Of a DNA stretch of 24,000 nt, positions 16,164 through 24,000 are shown piece by piece (the first letter of the stretch is position 1; each line of letters opens with the position of its first letter). The stretch comes from Mollicutes bacterium Phil14 (GTDB lineage Bacteria; Bacillota_I; Bacilli_A; ML615J-28; CAG-698). The notes beneath the pieces were generated by a model. That model saw nothing but the letters and a program-made list of their open reading frames with translations, had not been told where the DNA came from and ran no database searches. The position numbers were made by a program, and so were the translations under genes. The stretch is from assembly GCA_001940985.1 (NCBI GenBank), contig MSHB01000021.1, positions 3,644-27,643 on the forward strand, in the 5' to 3' direction.

Positions 16164-18467
16164 ATGTTTGCAAAAGTTGTTGTTGATGTAAAATCATCAA
16201 ATGTTGATATAATGTATACTTACAAAATACCTCATGAATTTGAAGAATTTATTGGAATAGGTAGTAGGGTATTAGTTAGTTTTGGCATTAGAAAAATATT
16301 AGGGTATGTTATAGAGATAACTGATACTTGTGATTTTAATGGTAATGTGAAAGAAATTTTGGAAGTCTTAGATTATTCTCAAGAATTGACTATAGAACAA
16401 GTAGAACTTGCAAAATACATTAGAAAAGAAACAAAATGCTTACTAGTTTATGCTCTTGAAGCTATGTATCCATCATTTTTAAAAACAAAATACAAAAAAT
16501 ATGTATATGCAGCTAAACCTGATTCGTTAGATGCAGAAATTGCACTTTTGTTTAATGGTAAAAATAAAATTGCTTTACAGAACGAAGCATTAAAAAAATA
16601 CCCTAAAATTTTAAAAGAAATAAAAAATGGTAACTTACAATTAGAATATGACATTTTCCATTATGGAAAACGTAAAAAAGAAAAGTTATATAGAATAAAT
16701 AATGCTTATAGTTATTTATTCAATACTCTTTCAACAAAACGCTTAGAATGTATCCGATATGTTGAAAAAAATGAGGATTGTACAACAAATGATATTAGAG
16801 AAGCTGTTGGGTGTAGTGTCTTTTTAATTCAATCATTAGTAAAAGATGAATATCTAATAGTTCATGAAGATTTTGTAGATGTTGAAAAAGATGAACTTCC
16901 AAAAAAAGTTTTAAGAAACTTTACATTTTCTTTTGATCAAAGAGAGGTTAATGAAAAATTTGAATCTTTATCAGATAAGCCATTTTTATTATATAGTAAT
17001 GATGAAATATTTAAATTAGATTTCTATTTGAATCAAGCAATAAAAATGATTCAAAAAGGAAAAAAAGTTTTAATTGTTTCCCCAACATTATTTGAGAATT
17101 TTAAAATTGTTAAATATTTTAAAAGATATCTAGAAGGTTATAAGATTTTAACTTTTTCTAATGATTTATCAACGACTGATTATTATGACCAATATATTAA
17201 AGTGATTAAAGAAAATTTTGATATAATTATAACAACTAAAGTTGGTGCGTTTCTACCAATTAACAATCTTGGTATGATAGTTGTGGTTAATGAAGGAGAT
17301 TTCAACTATTTAAATGAATATACACCTAAATATAATTTAGTTAAAGTACTTAATCAAAGGGCATTATATCATCATGCAAAATTAGTCCTTTCAACTAGCA
17401 CTTTACAGGTTGAAAGCTATAGTCAATATGTTAATGCAAAATATATACTATTGAAATATTTAATTAATTATGAAAACAAGAAAATATTAGTTGATTTAAA
17501 TAAGGAATATGGTGCAATAAATTCTCTTATATCAGAAAGATTAAAAGTTGAAATAGATAAATGTTTAAGAAATAAGCAACAAGCAGTTTTAATGTTTAAC
17601 ATTAAAGGTTACAGTAATTATATGATTTGTAGAAATTGTGGTACGGTATTAAAATGTCCAAAATGTGATATTCCATTGACTTATTACAAAGAAAAAGATG
17701 AAACTAAATGTAAATATTGTGGTAGAAAAGCAGAAGAGATTTCTTGCAGTAAATGTGGTAATAAAACCTTTATGCAACTCGCTGATGGATTAGATAGTTT
17801 AAAAGAAAAATTAGAGATAATATATCCAAATGCTAAGATATTACAAATGGATAGTGATACTATTAAGACTACAGCAGATTATCACGATGCGTTACTAATG
17901 ATAGAAAATAATGATGTTGATATTATTATAGGAACAAGAAATGTTCTTTCAATATTTAGTAGTCAAATAAGATTATTAGCAATTATTAATCTTGATCAAT
18001 TTTTAAATTCAAATGATTATAGAAGTAGTGAAAATACATATAATTTAATTAATGAATGTTATAATCATCCTGAATGTACAACAGTAATACAAGGCTACCA
18101 CTTAAGCAATCAAGTAGTAATAGATGCTATAAATAATGATTTTGATTCATTCTATGAAAGAGAAATTATATATAGAAAGCAATTTTTATATCCGCCATAT
18201 TGTGAAATAAATCGTATAATTATAATTGGTCAATATAAAGATATGTATTATTGTGCAAATTACTTAAAAAAGGTATTTAATAGTATATTAAAAGATAATG
18301 CGGATGCTTTAGGACCATTGTATTTGGCAAAGTATAAAGGTGTACAAATTATTTTGAAGCATAATAAATTTGATAAAGTATCTTTGTTAATTGATGAAGT
18401 AGAAAAGAAATTTGCTGAAAGCAAAGTTACTATTCAGTTTGAAAGATATCCAAGAAATTTTTATTAG
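16164..18467 (+). CDS. priA: PriA-family primosomal protein N', predicted ATPase/helicase-inactive
   Basis: N-terminal AKVVVDVKSSNVDIMYTYKIPHEFEEFIGIGSRVLVSFG; two zinc sites CRNCGTVLKCPKC / CKYCGRKAEEISCSKC; C-terminal FYEREIIYRKQFLYPPYCEINRI; synteny gmk-rpoZ-priA-fmt. Helicase motifs I, II, III, V, VI all diverged. Confidence 0.93.
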   Translation: MFAKVVVDVKSSNVDIMYTYKIPHEFEEFIGIGSRVLVSFGIRKILGYVIEITDTCDFNGNVKEILEVLDYSQELTIEQVELAKYIRKETKCLLVYALEAMYPSFLKTKYKKYVYAAKPDSLDAEIALLFNGKNKIALQNEALKKYPKILKEIKNGNLQLEYDIFHYGKRKKEKLYRINNAYSYLFNTLSTKRLECIRYVEKNEDCTTNDIREAVGCSVFLIQSLVKDEYLIVHEDFVDVEKDELPKKVLRNFTFSFDQREVNEKFESLSDKPFLLYSNDEIFKLDFYLNQAIKMIQKGKKVLIVSPTLFENFKIVKYFKRYLEGYKILTFSNDLSTTDYYDQYIKVIKENFDIIITTKVGAFLPINNLGMIVVVNEGDFNYLNEYTPKYNLVKVLNQRALYHHAKLVLSTSTLQVESYSQYVNAKYILLKYLINYENKKILVDLNKEYGAINSLISERLKVEIDKCLRNKQQAVLMFNIKGYSNYMICRNCGTVLKCPKCDIPLTYYKEKDETKCKYCGRKAEEISCSKCGNKTFMQLADGLDSLKEKLEIIYPNAKILQMDSDTIKTTADYHDALLMIENNDVDIIIGTRNVLSIFSSQIRLLAIINLDQFLNSNDYRSSENTYNLINECYNHPECTTVIQGYHLSNQVVIDAINNDFDSFYEREIIYRKQFLYPPYCEINRIIIIGQYKDMYYCANYLKKVFNSILKDNADALGPLYLAKYKGVQIILKHNKFDKVSLLIDEVEKKFAESKVTIQFERYPRNFY

Positions 18468-18477
18468 GAGTAAAGAA

Positions 18478-19413
18478 ATGAAAATAATTTTTATGGGAAC
18501 TCCAAAGTTTGCAGTTCCAATATTAGAAAAAATTTTAGAAAAGCATCAAGTTGTCTTGGTAGTTACACAACCTGATCAATATAATTATAGAAAAAAGGTT
18601 TTAATGCCATCGCCAGTAAAAGAATGTGCCTTAAAACATAATTTAGAAGTGTTTCAACCAGAAAAAATTAGGAATGATAATAAAACTATTTTTGAAAAGG
18701 ATGTTGATTTAATTGTGACAGCTGCTTATGGTCAAATGGTTCCAGAAAAAATTTTGAATTTTCCTAAGTATCGTTCAATTAATGTTCATGGTTCATTACT
18801 TCCAAAGTATAGAGGTGGGGCTCCGATTCAAAGAGCAATTATTAATGGCGAAAAAGAAACAGGCGTTACAATAATGTATATGGAAAAAAAGATGGATTCT
18901 GGTGATATTATTGAAGCTAAAACTTTGCCAATACTTGATAGTGATAACCAAGAAACTTTATTTGATAAATTAAGTATTTTAGGAAGTGAAATGATTTTAC
19001 CAGTAATTGAAAAACTTGAAGATGGGTTAATAAGAGCTATCAAACAAAACGAAAATGAAGTTACATTTGCTCCTAATCTTACTAAAGAAGATGAAAAAAT
19101 TAATTTTGAAAATGATGCGAGAGCAGTGTTTAATCAAATAAGAGGATTAAATCCTAATCCTGGTGGATATTTTATTATTGAAAATTTAACTATAAAAGTG
19201 TATAATAGTATTGTAAGTACTGAAAAGCATAATCAAGAGATTGGTATCATAGTTGGAATTCATAAAGATAGGTTTGATATATCTTGTGGTAATGGCACAG
19301 TAATATCAATTTTAGAATTGCAATTACCGTCTAAAAACAAAATGCTAGCAAGGGATTTTATTAACGGACAAGGAAAGAAAATACTTGCTCTTGGAAAGAA
19401 AATAGGAGAATAG
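18478..19413 (+). CDS. fmt: Methionyl-tRNA formyltransferase
   Basis: MKIIFMGTPKFAVPILEKI, TAAYGQMVPE, NVHGSLLPKYRGGAPIQRAI. ATG 18478 with TAGGAG SD; track start 18412 lies inside priA. Confidence 0.96.
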   Translation: MKIIFMGTPKFAVPILEKILEKHQVVLVVTQPDQYNYRKKVLMPSPVKECALKHNLEVFQPEKIRNDNKTIFEKDVDLIVTAAYGQMVPEKILNFPKYRSINVHGSLLPKYRGGAPIQRAIINGEKETGVTIMYMEKKMDSGDIIEAKTLPILDSDNQETLFDKLSILGSEMILPVIEKLEDGLIRAIKQNENEVTFAPNLTKEDEKINFENDARAVFNQIRGLNPNPGGYFIIENLTIKVYNSIVSTEKHNQEIGIIVGIHKDRFDISCGNGTVISILELQLPSKNKMLARDFINGQGKKILALGKKIGE

Positions 19414-19417
19414 AATT

Positions 19418-19981
19418 ATGTCAGATAAGAAAAGAATTTATTTTTCACGTGAAGAAATGTTTGAGATGAATAGAGATCGTCTATTAGAACGTGGTGTTAC
19501 AATTGAAGATATTGCAATTATAGCTTTCCGTCAACAAGGAAAATATAATCCAGATATATCTTTAGCTACTTGTATAGAAAGTGTAGAAAAAATACTTTCA
19601 TACAGAGATATTTTTCACATTGTTCAATTAGGTATAGAAATTGATCGCTTAACAGAAGAAGGTGTATTCCGTTCACCTATTCAAGATATTATGAGAGCTG
19701 ATTTAGGTATGTTTGGAATTGATGAAATTTTAGGTTTAAATATTGCTTCTATGTATGGCGTAATTGGTCAAACAAATTTTGGTGATATTGATGTGAATAA
19801 ACCAGGAATCGTAAAAAAATTGAATGATGATGGAAAGGGAAAACAATGTCATACATTTTTAGATGATATAGTTGGCGCACTAGCTGCAGCAGCATCTACA
19901 CGTGTAGCTCAAATTATGAGTGAAGATGAAGCAAAACGTGATCCTCACTATACACCTATCAAACTAGATTTAAAAGATTAG
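19418..19981 (+). CDS. Phosphatidylglycerophosphatase A family protein (YutG-like)
   Basis: LLERGVTIEDIAIIAFRQQGKYNPDI...CIESVEKIL, IGIEIDRL, GLNIASMYGVIGQTNFGDIDVNKPGIVKKLN, CHTFLDDIVGALAAAASTRVA. Confidence 0.85.
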   Translation: MSDKKRIYFSREEMFEMNRDRLLERGVTIEDIAIIAFRQQGKYNPDISLATCIESVEKILSYRDIFHIVQLGIEIDRLTEEGVFRSPIQDIMRADLGMFGIDEILGLNIASMYGVIGQTNFGDIDVNKPGIVKKLNDDGKGKQCHTFLDDIVGALAAAASTRVAQIMSEDEAKRDPHYTPIKLDLKD

Positions 19982-19985
19982 AGGA

Positions 19986-21020
19986 TTGTATATGGATCAA
20001 ATAAAATTAACACCTGGTAAATTGTTGAATGTTTATGGAAATCTAAATGAAGCAGGCTACGCTACAAGTTTAGTGAAAGAATATCATAGACATGATATAA
20101 AGGCAAAAAAACTTAGAATAAAAGAATGGGATTATTATTATATAGGTAATCAAGAATACGGAATTGCTCTTACTATAGCTGATAATTCTTATATGGGACT
20201 TGGTAGTGTTTCTGTATTAGATTTTAAAAATGATTTTTGGCACACTAATAGTGTTATGACTTTTATGCCAAAAGGAAAAACTAATCTTCCATCAACTTCT
20301 GAATTTGGAGATTGTCATTTTAAATCAAAAAACTTAGAGCTTTCATTTTTTAATGATGGTAAAAAAAGAAGATTACTTTGTAAAATGAAGAATTTTTATA
20401 AAAAATATGATTTTTCATGTGATGTTGAGTTATACGACGAACCTAAAGAATCAATGGTAATTGCTACTCCATTTAATAAAAAGAAACATTTTTATTATAA
20501 TCAAAAAATTAATTGTATTCGTGCTAGCGGTAATGCTACAGTTGGTGGAAAAAAATATTTCTTCAACGGTAATGATTCCTTTGCAGTTTTAGACTGGGGT
20601 AGAGGAGTATGGACATACAAAAATACTTGGTATTGGTCTAGTTTGAGTGGCACTTACAATGGTAAAAAAATTGGTTTTAATTTAGGATATGGTTTTGGTG
20701 ACACTAAAAATGCTACTGAAAATATGATTTTTTACGATGGTAAAGCTTATAAAGTTGAACAAGTGACTTTCCATATTCCAACAAATTCTGATGGCGTTGA
20801 AGAGTATTTAAACAACTGGAAATTCTCATCTAGTGATAATAAAGTTAATTTAACATTTGAACCAATCTTTGATAGATATGATAAAGCAGATGTTTTGTTA
20901 ATTAAATCTATTCAACATCAAGTATTTGGAAAGTTTTCTGGAACTTTAAAAATTGGTGAAGAAACAATAGAAATAAAAGATTTAGTAGGCTTTGCTGAAA
21001 AAGTTACTAATCATTGGTAA
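19986..21020 (+). CDS. DUF2804-family protein
   Basis: Whole-length resemblance: DWGRGVWTYKNTWYWSSLSG...IGFNLGYGFGDTKNATENMIFYDGKAYKVEQVTFHIP. Confidence 0.8.
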   Translation: MYMDQIKLTPGKLLNVYGNLNEAGYATSLVKEYHRHDIKAKKLRIKEWDYYYIGNQEYGIALTIADNSYMGLGSVSVLDFKNDFWHTNSVMTFMPKGKTNLPSTSEFGDCHFKSKNLELSFFNDGKKRRLLCKMKNFYKKYDFSCDVELYDEPKESMVIATPFNKKKHFYYNQKINCIRASGNATVGGKKYFFNGNDSFAVLDWGRGVWTYKNTWYWSSLSGTYNGKKIGFNLGYGFGDTKNATENMIFYDGKAYKVEQVTFHIPTNSDGVEEYLNNWKFSSSDNKVNLTFEPIFDRYDKADVLLIKSIQHQVFGKFSGTLKIGEETIEIKDLVGFAEKVTNHW

Positions 21021-21062
21021 AAAAAGGCTGTGAAAAACTTGGTTTCACAGCCCATTTTTTAT
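21021..21062. terminator. Bidirectional intrinsic terminator between DUF2804 gene and ABC transporter operon
   Basis: AAAAAAGGCTGTGAAA-AACTTGG-TTTCACAGCCcATTTTTT. Confidence 0.85.
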
Positions 21063-22051
21063 TTAACAAATCTAGTAGTTACGATTTTATCATATTCTAC
21101 CTTTTTATCTAATTCTTTAGCTTCAATCATAATATCCATTAACTTATCTAAACCTTCTTTTTTAAAGTAAGGTGTTTCACACCATGCATCAATGTCAATG
21201 TATCTTTGCATAACTATTGATAAATCATCAACTGATATATCAGTAAAATAAGGATGAATTACTTCAGCAATTTCTTTAGCTGAATGTGTGTGCACCCATA
21301 CTAAACCTTTAGTTATAGCATTAGTAAATGATTGAATTTTATCTTCATTTTTATCAATATAATTTTTTAAGGCGCTATATGAAGTATAAGGTATTTCTCC
21401 ACTACTTTCTCCAATACTTGCAACGATATAACCTTTACCACCTTTTTCTAAAGCTGTAGCAGTAGGCTCAAATAATGTTACATAGTCTCCTTCACCAGAA
21501 GTAAATGCTCCTCCCATAGCAGCAAAAGCAATATCTGTTCTAACATTAACATCTTTAGTATTATCATCTTCGCCAACTATTAAACCATTTTTTCTTAGAG
21601 TATACTCTAAAACCATAACAGGCACTCCACCTTTTCTACCACCTAATATTTCTTTACCTTTTAGTTTATCATATGTGAAGTTCTCATCTTTTTTTCTACC
21701 TACTAAAAAACTACCATCACGTTTTGTTAATTGAGCAAAATTTATTGCATAATTTTCTTGCCCGCCTTTATAGACGTAAATAGATGCTTCAGGTCCCATT
21801 AATCCAATTTGAGCATCTTTACTAAGAAGAGCTGCCATAACTTTATCTGCTCCATTGGCATTTATTAGATTTACATCTAAACCTTCATCTTTGAAAAAGC
21901 CTTTCTCTATTGCTACGTATTGAGGTGCATAGAAGACTGAATGAGCAACCTCAGCAATAGTAATCTTTTTGCTTCCTTTTGAACAACCAAATAATAAAAC
22001 ACTGCAACAACCAAACATTAACAAAACTAATAGAAATTTAATTTTTCGCAT
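21059..22051 (-). CDS. ABC transporter substrate-binding lipoprotein, NMT1/ThiY/SsuA-like
   Basis: MRKIKFLLVLLMFGCCSVLLFGCSKG signal with lipobox; ITIAEVAHSVFYAPQYVAIEKGFFKDEGLDVNL. Start at 22051 supported by GAGGGG SD and permease stop overlap. Confidence 0.88.
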   Translation of the reverse strand: MRKIKFLLVLLMFGCCSVLLFGCSKGSKKITIAEVAHSVFYAPQYVAIEKGFFKDEGLDVNLINANGADKVMAALLSKDAQIGLMGPEASIYVYKGGQENYAINFAQLTKRDGSFLVGRKKDENFTYDKLKGKEILGGRKGGVPVMVLEYTLRKNGLIVGEDDNTKDVNVRTDIAFAAMGGAFTSGEGDYVTLFEPTATALEKGGKGYIVASIGESSGEIPYTSYSALKNYIDKNEDKIQSFTNAITKGLVWVHTHSAKEIAEVIHPYFTDISVDDLSIVMQRYIDIDAWCETPYFKKEGLDKLMDIMIEAKELDKKVEYDKIVTTRFVK

Positions 22052-22848
22052 TATTTCATTCCCCTCTTTTTTGAAAAATAATTTTCTAATATATCTATAC
22101 CTTTCCACATAATGTAGGCGCAAATGGCTAATACAATTACTCCCATCATAACAAGGTCAAGTTTAAATACTTGCCCACCATACATTATAAGATATCCTAT
22201 TCCAGCTCGCGATACTAAAAATTCACCAACAATTACTCCAACCCAACTCATACCAATATTAATTTTAATGATACTGATAATATTTATTAAATTACTTGGT
22301 AGAACAAGTTTAGTAAAAATTTGAAATTTATTAGCATTAAAGCTCTTCAGCATTTTTATTTTTTCTTTATCTACACTAATAAAATAATTATAAGCTGATA
22401 TTATTGTAATAACTATTAATATAGAAATTGATACTACAACAATTCCAGATGTTCCTGTGCCTGCCCATATAATCATAATTGGGGCTAATGCTGTTTTTGG
22501 CAAAGCGTTAAGAATAACTAAAAAAGGTTCAAACAGTTTCGATATTTTTTCGTTGCTCCATAAAATTATAGCAATCAAAATACCGAAAAACGATCCGATT
22601 ATTATACCTAGAACTGTTTCATATACTGAAATCCAAATATGTTTAAATATTTCGTTTGTTTTTATATATTCAAGTAATAAAGAAAATATTTTACTCGGAC
22701 TACTGAAAAGAAAATCATCAATAACGTTTAATCTAGCCAATAATTCCCAAATAAATAAAAATATTATTAATAACAAAATTTGTGATAGAAGAAGTTTAAC
22801 TTTTTGTTTTTTATAAACTTTTAATTGGATATTACAATTGTTCATCAT
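22051..22848 (-). CDS. ABC transporter permease, NitT/TauT/ThiX-like
   Basis: Multiple TM segments; FEPFLVILNALPKTALAPIMIIWAG EAA-type loop; GVIVGEFLVSRAGIGYLI. Confidence 0.9.
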   Translation of the reverse strand: MMNNCNIQLKVYKKQKVKLLLSQILLLIIFLFIWELLARLNVIDDFLFSSPSKIFSLLLEYIKTNEIFKHIWISVYETVLGIIIGSFFGILIAIILWSNEKISKLFEPFLVILNALPKTALAPIMIIWAGTGTSGIVVVSISILIVITIISAYNYFISVDKEKIKMLKSFNANKFQIFTKLVLPSNLINIISIIKINIGMSWVGVIVGEFLVSRAGIGYLIMYGGQVFKLDLVMMGVIVLAICAYIMWKGIDILENYFSKKRGMK

Positions 22849-23581
22849 TATTCAATTCCTTCCATATGGCATTAAAATATGATTTGAATTCTTTACTGTT
22901 ACGTGATTTGAAGGGTGTTCTTTCACCATCAATTGTTAAATTAATGTCATAGATTTTCTTTATTTTGGCTGGCCTAGGAGATAAAACAATAACTTTATCA
23001 GCTATTGATATTGCTTCTGTTATATCATGAGTTACTATAATTGTTGCTTTTTTTTCTTTTTTTATTATTTTATACATATCATCGCAAACCTTTAATTTAG
23101 TTTGATAATCTAGAGCAGCAAAAGGTTCATCTAAAAGTAAAATGCTTGGATTAACAGCAAGTGTTCTTATAAGAGCAACACGTTGACGCATACCTCCTGA
23201 TAATTCACTAGGATAACTATTCTTAAAATCTTTTAATCCATAGATATCTAGCATTCTATTAACTTTTTTAAGATTATCATCATTAAGCATTTTTTTAATC
23301 TCTAATCCAATGATAACATTATCAAAAACGTTTCGCCATTCAAAAAGATGATCACGTTGGAACATATAACCAATTTCTCCACTAGTTTCAATAGTTCCTT
23401 TACTAGGTTTTAGCAAACCAGAAATAAGGTTTAGAATTGTTGTTTTACCACTTCCTGAAGGGCCAGTAATAGCAATTATTTGTCCTTCAATTAAATTAAA
23501 TTCGATATTTTTTAATACTTCAAGTGATTCACCTTTATTACAATAATCTTTAGAAACATTATTAAATTTTAATACATCCAT
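22832..23581 (-). CDS. ABC transporter ATP-binding protein, NitT/TauT/ThiZ-like
   Basis: GPSGSGKTTILN, YMFQRDHLFEWRNV, LSGGMRQRVALIRTLA, LLLDEPFAALD, VTHDITEAI. Confidence 0.93.
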   Translation of the reverse strand: MDVLKFNNVSKDYCNKGESLEVLKNIEFNLIEGQIIAITGPSGSGKTTILNLISGLLKPSKGTIETSGEIGYMFQRDHLFEWRNVFDNVIIGLEIKKMLNDDNLKKVNRMLDIYGLKDFKNSYPSELSGGMRQRVALIRTLAVNPSILLLDEPFAALDYQTKLKVCDDMYKIIKKEKKATIIVTHDITEAISIADKVIVLSPRPAKIKKIYDINLTIDGERTPFKSRNSKEFKSYFNAIWKELNNDEQL

Positions 23582-23649
23582 TTTTCCCCTCCATACAATA
23601 TTAATCTATTACAAAAACAATAATTTGTATGGGCAAAATAGAGTAAAAT

Positions 23650-23676
23650 AAAAAAACCAAATCATTAAGATTTGGT
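23650..23676 (-). terminator. Intrinsic terminator of the gene running off the right edge
   Basis: Minus strand ACCAAATC-TTAAT-GATTTGGT followed by TTTTTT. Confidence 0.8.
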
Positions 23677-23684
23677 AAATTTTA

Positions 23685-24000
23685 TTATTTGAAAAGTTCA
23701 ACAAATTTTTCAAATATAATATCACTAATTGGGTCACCATATATTTTTTCAGGATGCCATTGAACAGCAAAAATAGGTAGGCTATCATGAGCGATAGCTT
23801 CAATAGTTCCATCTTCATGTTTAGCAATAACTTTGAAACCAGGGGCTACATCTTTAATTGCTTGGTGATGGTAGCTATTCACAACTATTTTTTCTGGTAG
23901 ATCAATAAAATTATTTTTGTAAGTTATGACATTGTGATCATATTTAATAGATTCGTGACTCTTTCCAATATCTTGGAAAAGTGAACCACCCATGAAAACA
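23685..24000 (-). CDS. Class I glutamine amidotransferase-like / gamma-glutamyl-gamma-aminobutyrate hydrolase family (peptidase C26), 5' end beyond window
   Basis: GGSLFQDIG, VNSYHHQAIKDVAPGFKV, GTIEAI, FAVQWHPEK motifs. N-terminal half outside window. Confidence 0.88.
   Translation of the reverse strand, partial: VFMGGSLFQDIGKSHESIKYDHNVITYKNNFIDLPEKIVVNSYHHQAIKDVAPGFKVIAKHEDGTIEAIAHDSLPIFAVQWHPEKIYGDPISDIIFEKFVELFK

Noticed and set aside
16164-18467. priA as a frameshifted or truncated pseudogene
   Set aside because: Continuous 767-codon frame with intact zinc sites and terminal domains; only ATPase motifs are lost, so functional repurposing is a better reading.
22124-22816. Plus-strand 66- and 119-aa ORFs across the ABC permease
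   Set aside because: Antisense to permease with transmembrane segments; apparent proteins are reverse translations of AT-rich hydrophobic codons.
23582-23684. TPP riboswitch upstream of a ThiXYZ-like operon
   Set aside because: No recognisable conserved thi-box core in the roughly 100-nt leader; only a short local hairpin and the neighbouring terminator.
23609-23827. 72-aa minus-strand ORF overlapping the C26 peptidase-like gene
   Set aside because: Alternate frame of the same region; the other frame has GGSLFQDI, HHQAIK and QWHPEK motifs.
1-24000. CRISPR array, transposon ends, tRNA/rRNA genes, prophage or defence island
   Set aside because: No regular repeat-spacer pattern, transposase/integrase, tRNA cloverleaf or rRNA sequence seen by eye; content is almost entirely syntenic housekeeping genes.

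Overview
AT-rich, gene-dense Bacilli/Firmicutes-like chromosomal core, mostly housekeeping genes. The order resembles the B. subtilis 'ylo' region (rqcH/gmk/rpoZ/priA/fmt/rsmB/rlmN/rsgA/rpe/thiN/spoVM/rpmB/fakA/recG/plsX/rnc) but is rearranged and missing several members. Three results stand out. (1) The 767-aa PriA homologue keeps its N-terminal domain and all eight zinc-binding cysteines, but every recognisable helicase/ATPase motif is degenerate, so it is a candidate pseudohelicase. (2) A 27-aa SpoVM homologue at 5897-5980 is absent from the ORF track and sits in the classic thiN>spoVM> <rpmB arrangement. (3) A 55-aa Cse60-like sporulation protein at 13261-13428 is also absent from the track. 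The right end has a minus-strand NitT/TauT/ThiYXZ-type ABC importer of unassigned specificity and the C-terminal part of a class I glutamine amidotransferase-like (peptidase C26) protein. I saw no CRISPR array, transposon, prophage, rRNA or tRNA, and no obvious new multi-gene defence or biosynthetic system.
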